Source: a virus
Virus record (IMG/VR): IMGVR_UViG_3300029219_000085
Coordinates: 1 to 6,046 of that record
Length of the DNA stretch: 6,046 bases
Strand: one strand, 5' to 3'
The notes under the pieces were generated by a model. It did not search any database. It was not told the origin of the DNA and saw only the letters and a list, made by a program, of their open reading frames with translations. A program made the translations under genes and the position numbers. This document shows, piece after piece, positions 5,102 to 6,046 of the stretch. Numbering within the stretch: position 1 is the stretch's first letter; the number at the start of each line of letters is the position of its first letter.

Positions 5102-5124
5102 AAAAAATGCTCACATTGTGAGCA
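5102..5124 (-). terminator. rho-independent terminator ending the early/middle operon
   Basis: The minus strand reads TGCTCAC AAT GTGAGCA TTTTTT. This is a perfect 7-bp stem (5124..5118 / 5114..5108) with a 3-nt loop and a U6 tract (5107..5102). The stop codon TGA (5113..5111) of the activator gene lies inside the stem. Confidence 0.75.
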
Positions 5125-5437
5125 CTTTCTTTAAATTCTTGTTTATCTTTCTTGGGATTTCTTCTCGTGCATAACCTACAATATTAGATGTTTTTTCTGC
5201 ACTGAATCCTTTTATATATCTATACTCAATCATTGTTCGAGTTGTATCATCAAGTTGGCTTAATTTGTCTTTTACGTAGTTCATTCTTCTTGCATAATCT
5301 GCATGAGCTAAGAATAGCTCGGCTTTTAAAGGATAAATTGCTTCATCCCTTTGTAGCTCTGCTATTCTCTGCTCATAATAAGTGTAGCTTTTACATTCAC
5401 ACAAGAAGTGTCTTTTAACATCTTCATATGTGCTCAT
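5111..5437 (-). CDS. putative late-gene transcriptional activator, sigma-70 region-4-like (RinA/ArpU/DUF1492 type)
   Basis: 108-aa ORF whose ATG 5437..5435 forms an ATGA overlap with the upstream ORF. The C-terminal MIEYRYIKGFSAEKTSNIVGYAREEIPRKINKNLKKV looks like a sigma region-4 HTH. It is the last gene before the packaging module, which is the usual place for such activators in Firmicutes siphophages. Confidence 0.55.
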   Translation of the reverse strand: MSTYEDVKRHFLCECKSYTYYEQRIAELQRDEAIYPLKAELFLAHADYARRMNYVKDKLSQLDDTTRTMIEYRYIKGFSAEKTSNIVGYAREEIPRKINKNLKKVLTM

Positions 5438-5628
5438 GAACTGTATACCTTATACAATCTATCTTTTAATTCGCCAACTTCACTTCTTAATTTCTTGATT
5501 TCTTTAGCTTGAGTATGAATTGTTTCATCCTTTTCTTTAATCTTTTGAATTAACTCAATATTCTTCCTTCCTAATCTATTGTTTTTAGAAATTAACTCTT
5601 TAATCCTTTCTTCATAATTCATTTCTAT
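5434..5628 (-). CDS. small coiled-coil protein of unknown function; start ambiguous (ATA 5628 or ATG 5622)
   Basis: The track start GTG 5637..5635 overlaps the SD AGGAGG (5642..5637) and so cannot be used. In-frame ATA 5628..5626 lies 8 nt after the SD, and ATG 5622..5620 lies 14 nt after it. The product is rich in K, E, I and L with heptad character (IKELISKNNRLGRKNIELIQKIKEKDE...). Confidence 0.55.
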   Translation of the reverse strand: MEMNYEERIKELISKNNRLGRKNIELIQKIKEKDETIHTQAKEIKKLRSEVGELKDRLYKVYSS

Positions 5629-5640
5629 TAAATCCACCTC

Positions 5641-6046
5641 CTAGAATGGTAAATCATCTGAAGCAATATCTAAATCACTTTCACCATTGTATTCTTGTTG
5701 TGCAATTTGTTGTGTCAAACTTGGTTGCGTATATGTGTTTTGAACTCCGTAAGTGTTGTTATTTGCTTGGTTTGGATATTGATATGTATTTACATTAGGA
5801 TTGTAATTTTGCCCATTAGAAGCACTTTTAGGCGGTAATTGTACGTTACTAGCCACCACTTCAGTGATATAAATTCTTTGTCCTTGTTGATTCTCATAAT
5901 TTCTAACACTGATTCTTCCTTCAACTGTAACTAAATCGCCTTTCTTGCAATACATATTTACAATATCTGCTAATTTATTCCATGCTACACAATTAATAAA
6001 ATCTGTAGTATCATTGTATCCATTTACCGCTACTGTAAACTTTGCT
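5641..6046 (-). CDS. ssb: single-stranded DNA-binding protein (5' end outside the window)
   Basis: The track ORF starts at an internal Met. The frame stays open to the window edge and reads ...AKFTVAVNGYNDTTDFINCVAWNKLADIVNMYCKKGDLVTVEGRISVRNYENQQGQRIYITEVVA, a canonical OB-fold SSB core. An N/Q/Y-rich linker follows, then the acidic C-terminal tip DLDIASDDLPF. The stop is TAG 5643..5641. Confidence 0.9.
   Translation of the reverse strand, partial: AKFTVAVNGYNDTTDFINCVAWNKLADIVNMYCKKGDLVTVEGRISVRNYENQQGQRIYITEVVASNVQLPPKSASNGQNYNPNVNTYQYPNQANNNTYGVQNTYTQPSLTQQIAQQEYNGESDLDIASDDLPF

Noticed and set aside
5641-5800. N/Q/Y-rich low-complexity linker in SSB
   Set aside because: The intrinsically disordered linker of SSBs is compositionally variable, and an Asn/Gln/Tyr bias is expected in AT-rich genomes. 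The canonical acidic tip DDLPF is intact.
1-6046. An alternative genetic code (for example table 4, where ATA is a permitted start and TGA codes for Trp) as the explanation for the ATA starts
   Set aside because: TGA clearly acts as a stop in two ATGA coupling overlaps (694..692 and 5436..5434) and at 4622..4620. Conserved Trp residues are encoded by TGG. This is consistent with standard code 11.
1-6046. CRISPR arrays, transposon ends or long direct repeats
   Set aside because: I saw none by eye on either strand. The only repeats are short hairpins and palindromes, which are reported above.

Overview
This AT-rich window is a tailed-phage or prophage segment of the type found in low-GC Gram-positive hosts, and every real gene is on the minus strand. 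Reading 6046 down to 1, the order is: SSB (5' end outside the window), a small coiled-coil ORF, a sigma-region-4-like late activator (RinA/ArpU/DUF1492 type), an intrinsic terminator, a 76-nt tRNA gene, a second hairpin terminator, an 87-aa unknown ORF, TerS, TerL, an SPP1-gp6-like portal, and then four small structural or fibre-like genes. Main finding: the tRNA is clearly a bacterial initiator tRNA(fMet) derivative. It keeps the 1:72 mismatch, G2:C71, C3:G70, A11:U24, A73 and an encoded CCA, but its anticodon is UAU instead of CAU. In parallel, four late genes have no in-frame ATG, GTG or TTG where their N-termini should start: TerS, portal, the gene after portal, and the gene at the window start. 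Each instead has a Shine-Dalgarno sequence 6-10 nt upstream of an in-frame ATA. I propose a phage-encoded AUA-decoding initiator tRNA paired with AUA-initiated late genes, and I do not know of this having been described. Nothing here was checked with tools; every family assignment rests on motifs recalled from memory. A second observation: the gene after portal is split between two frames in a way that needs a +1 shift at GTC-TAG. The plus-strand ORFs in the track are antisense shadows.
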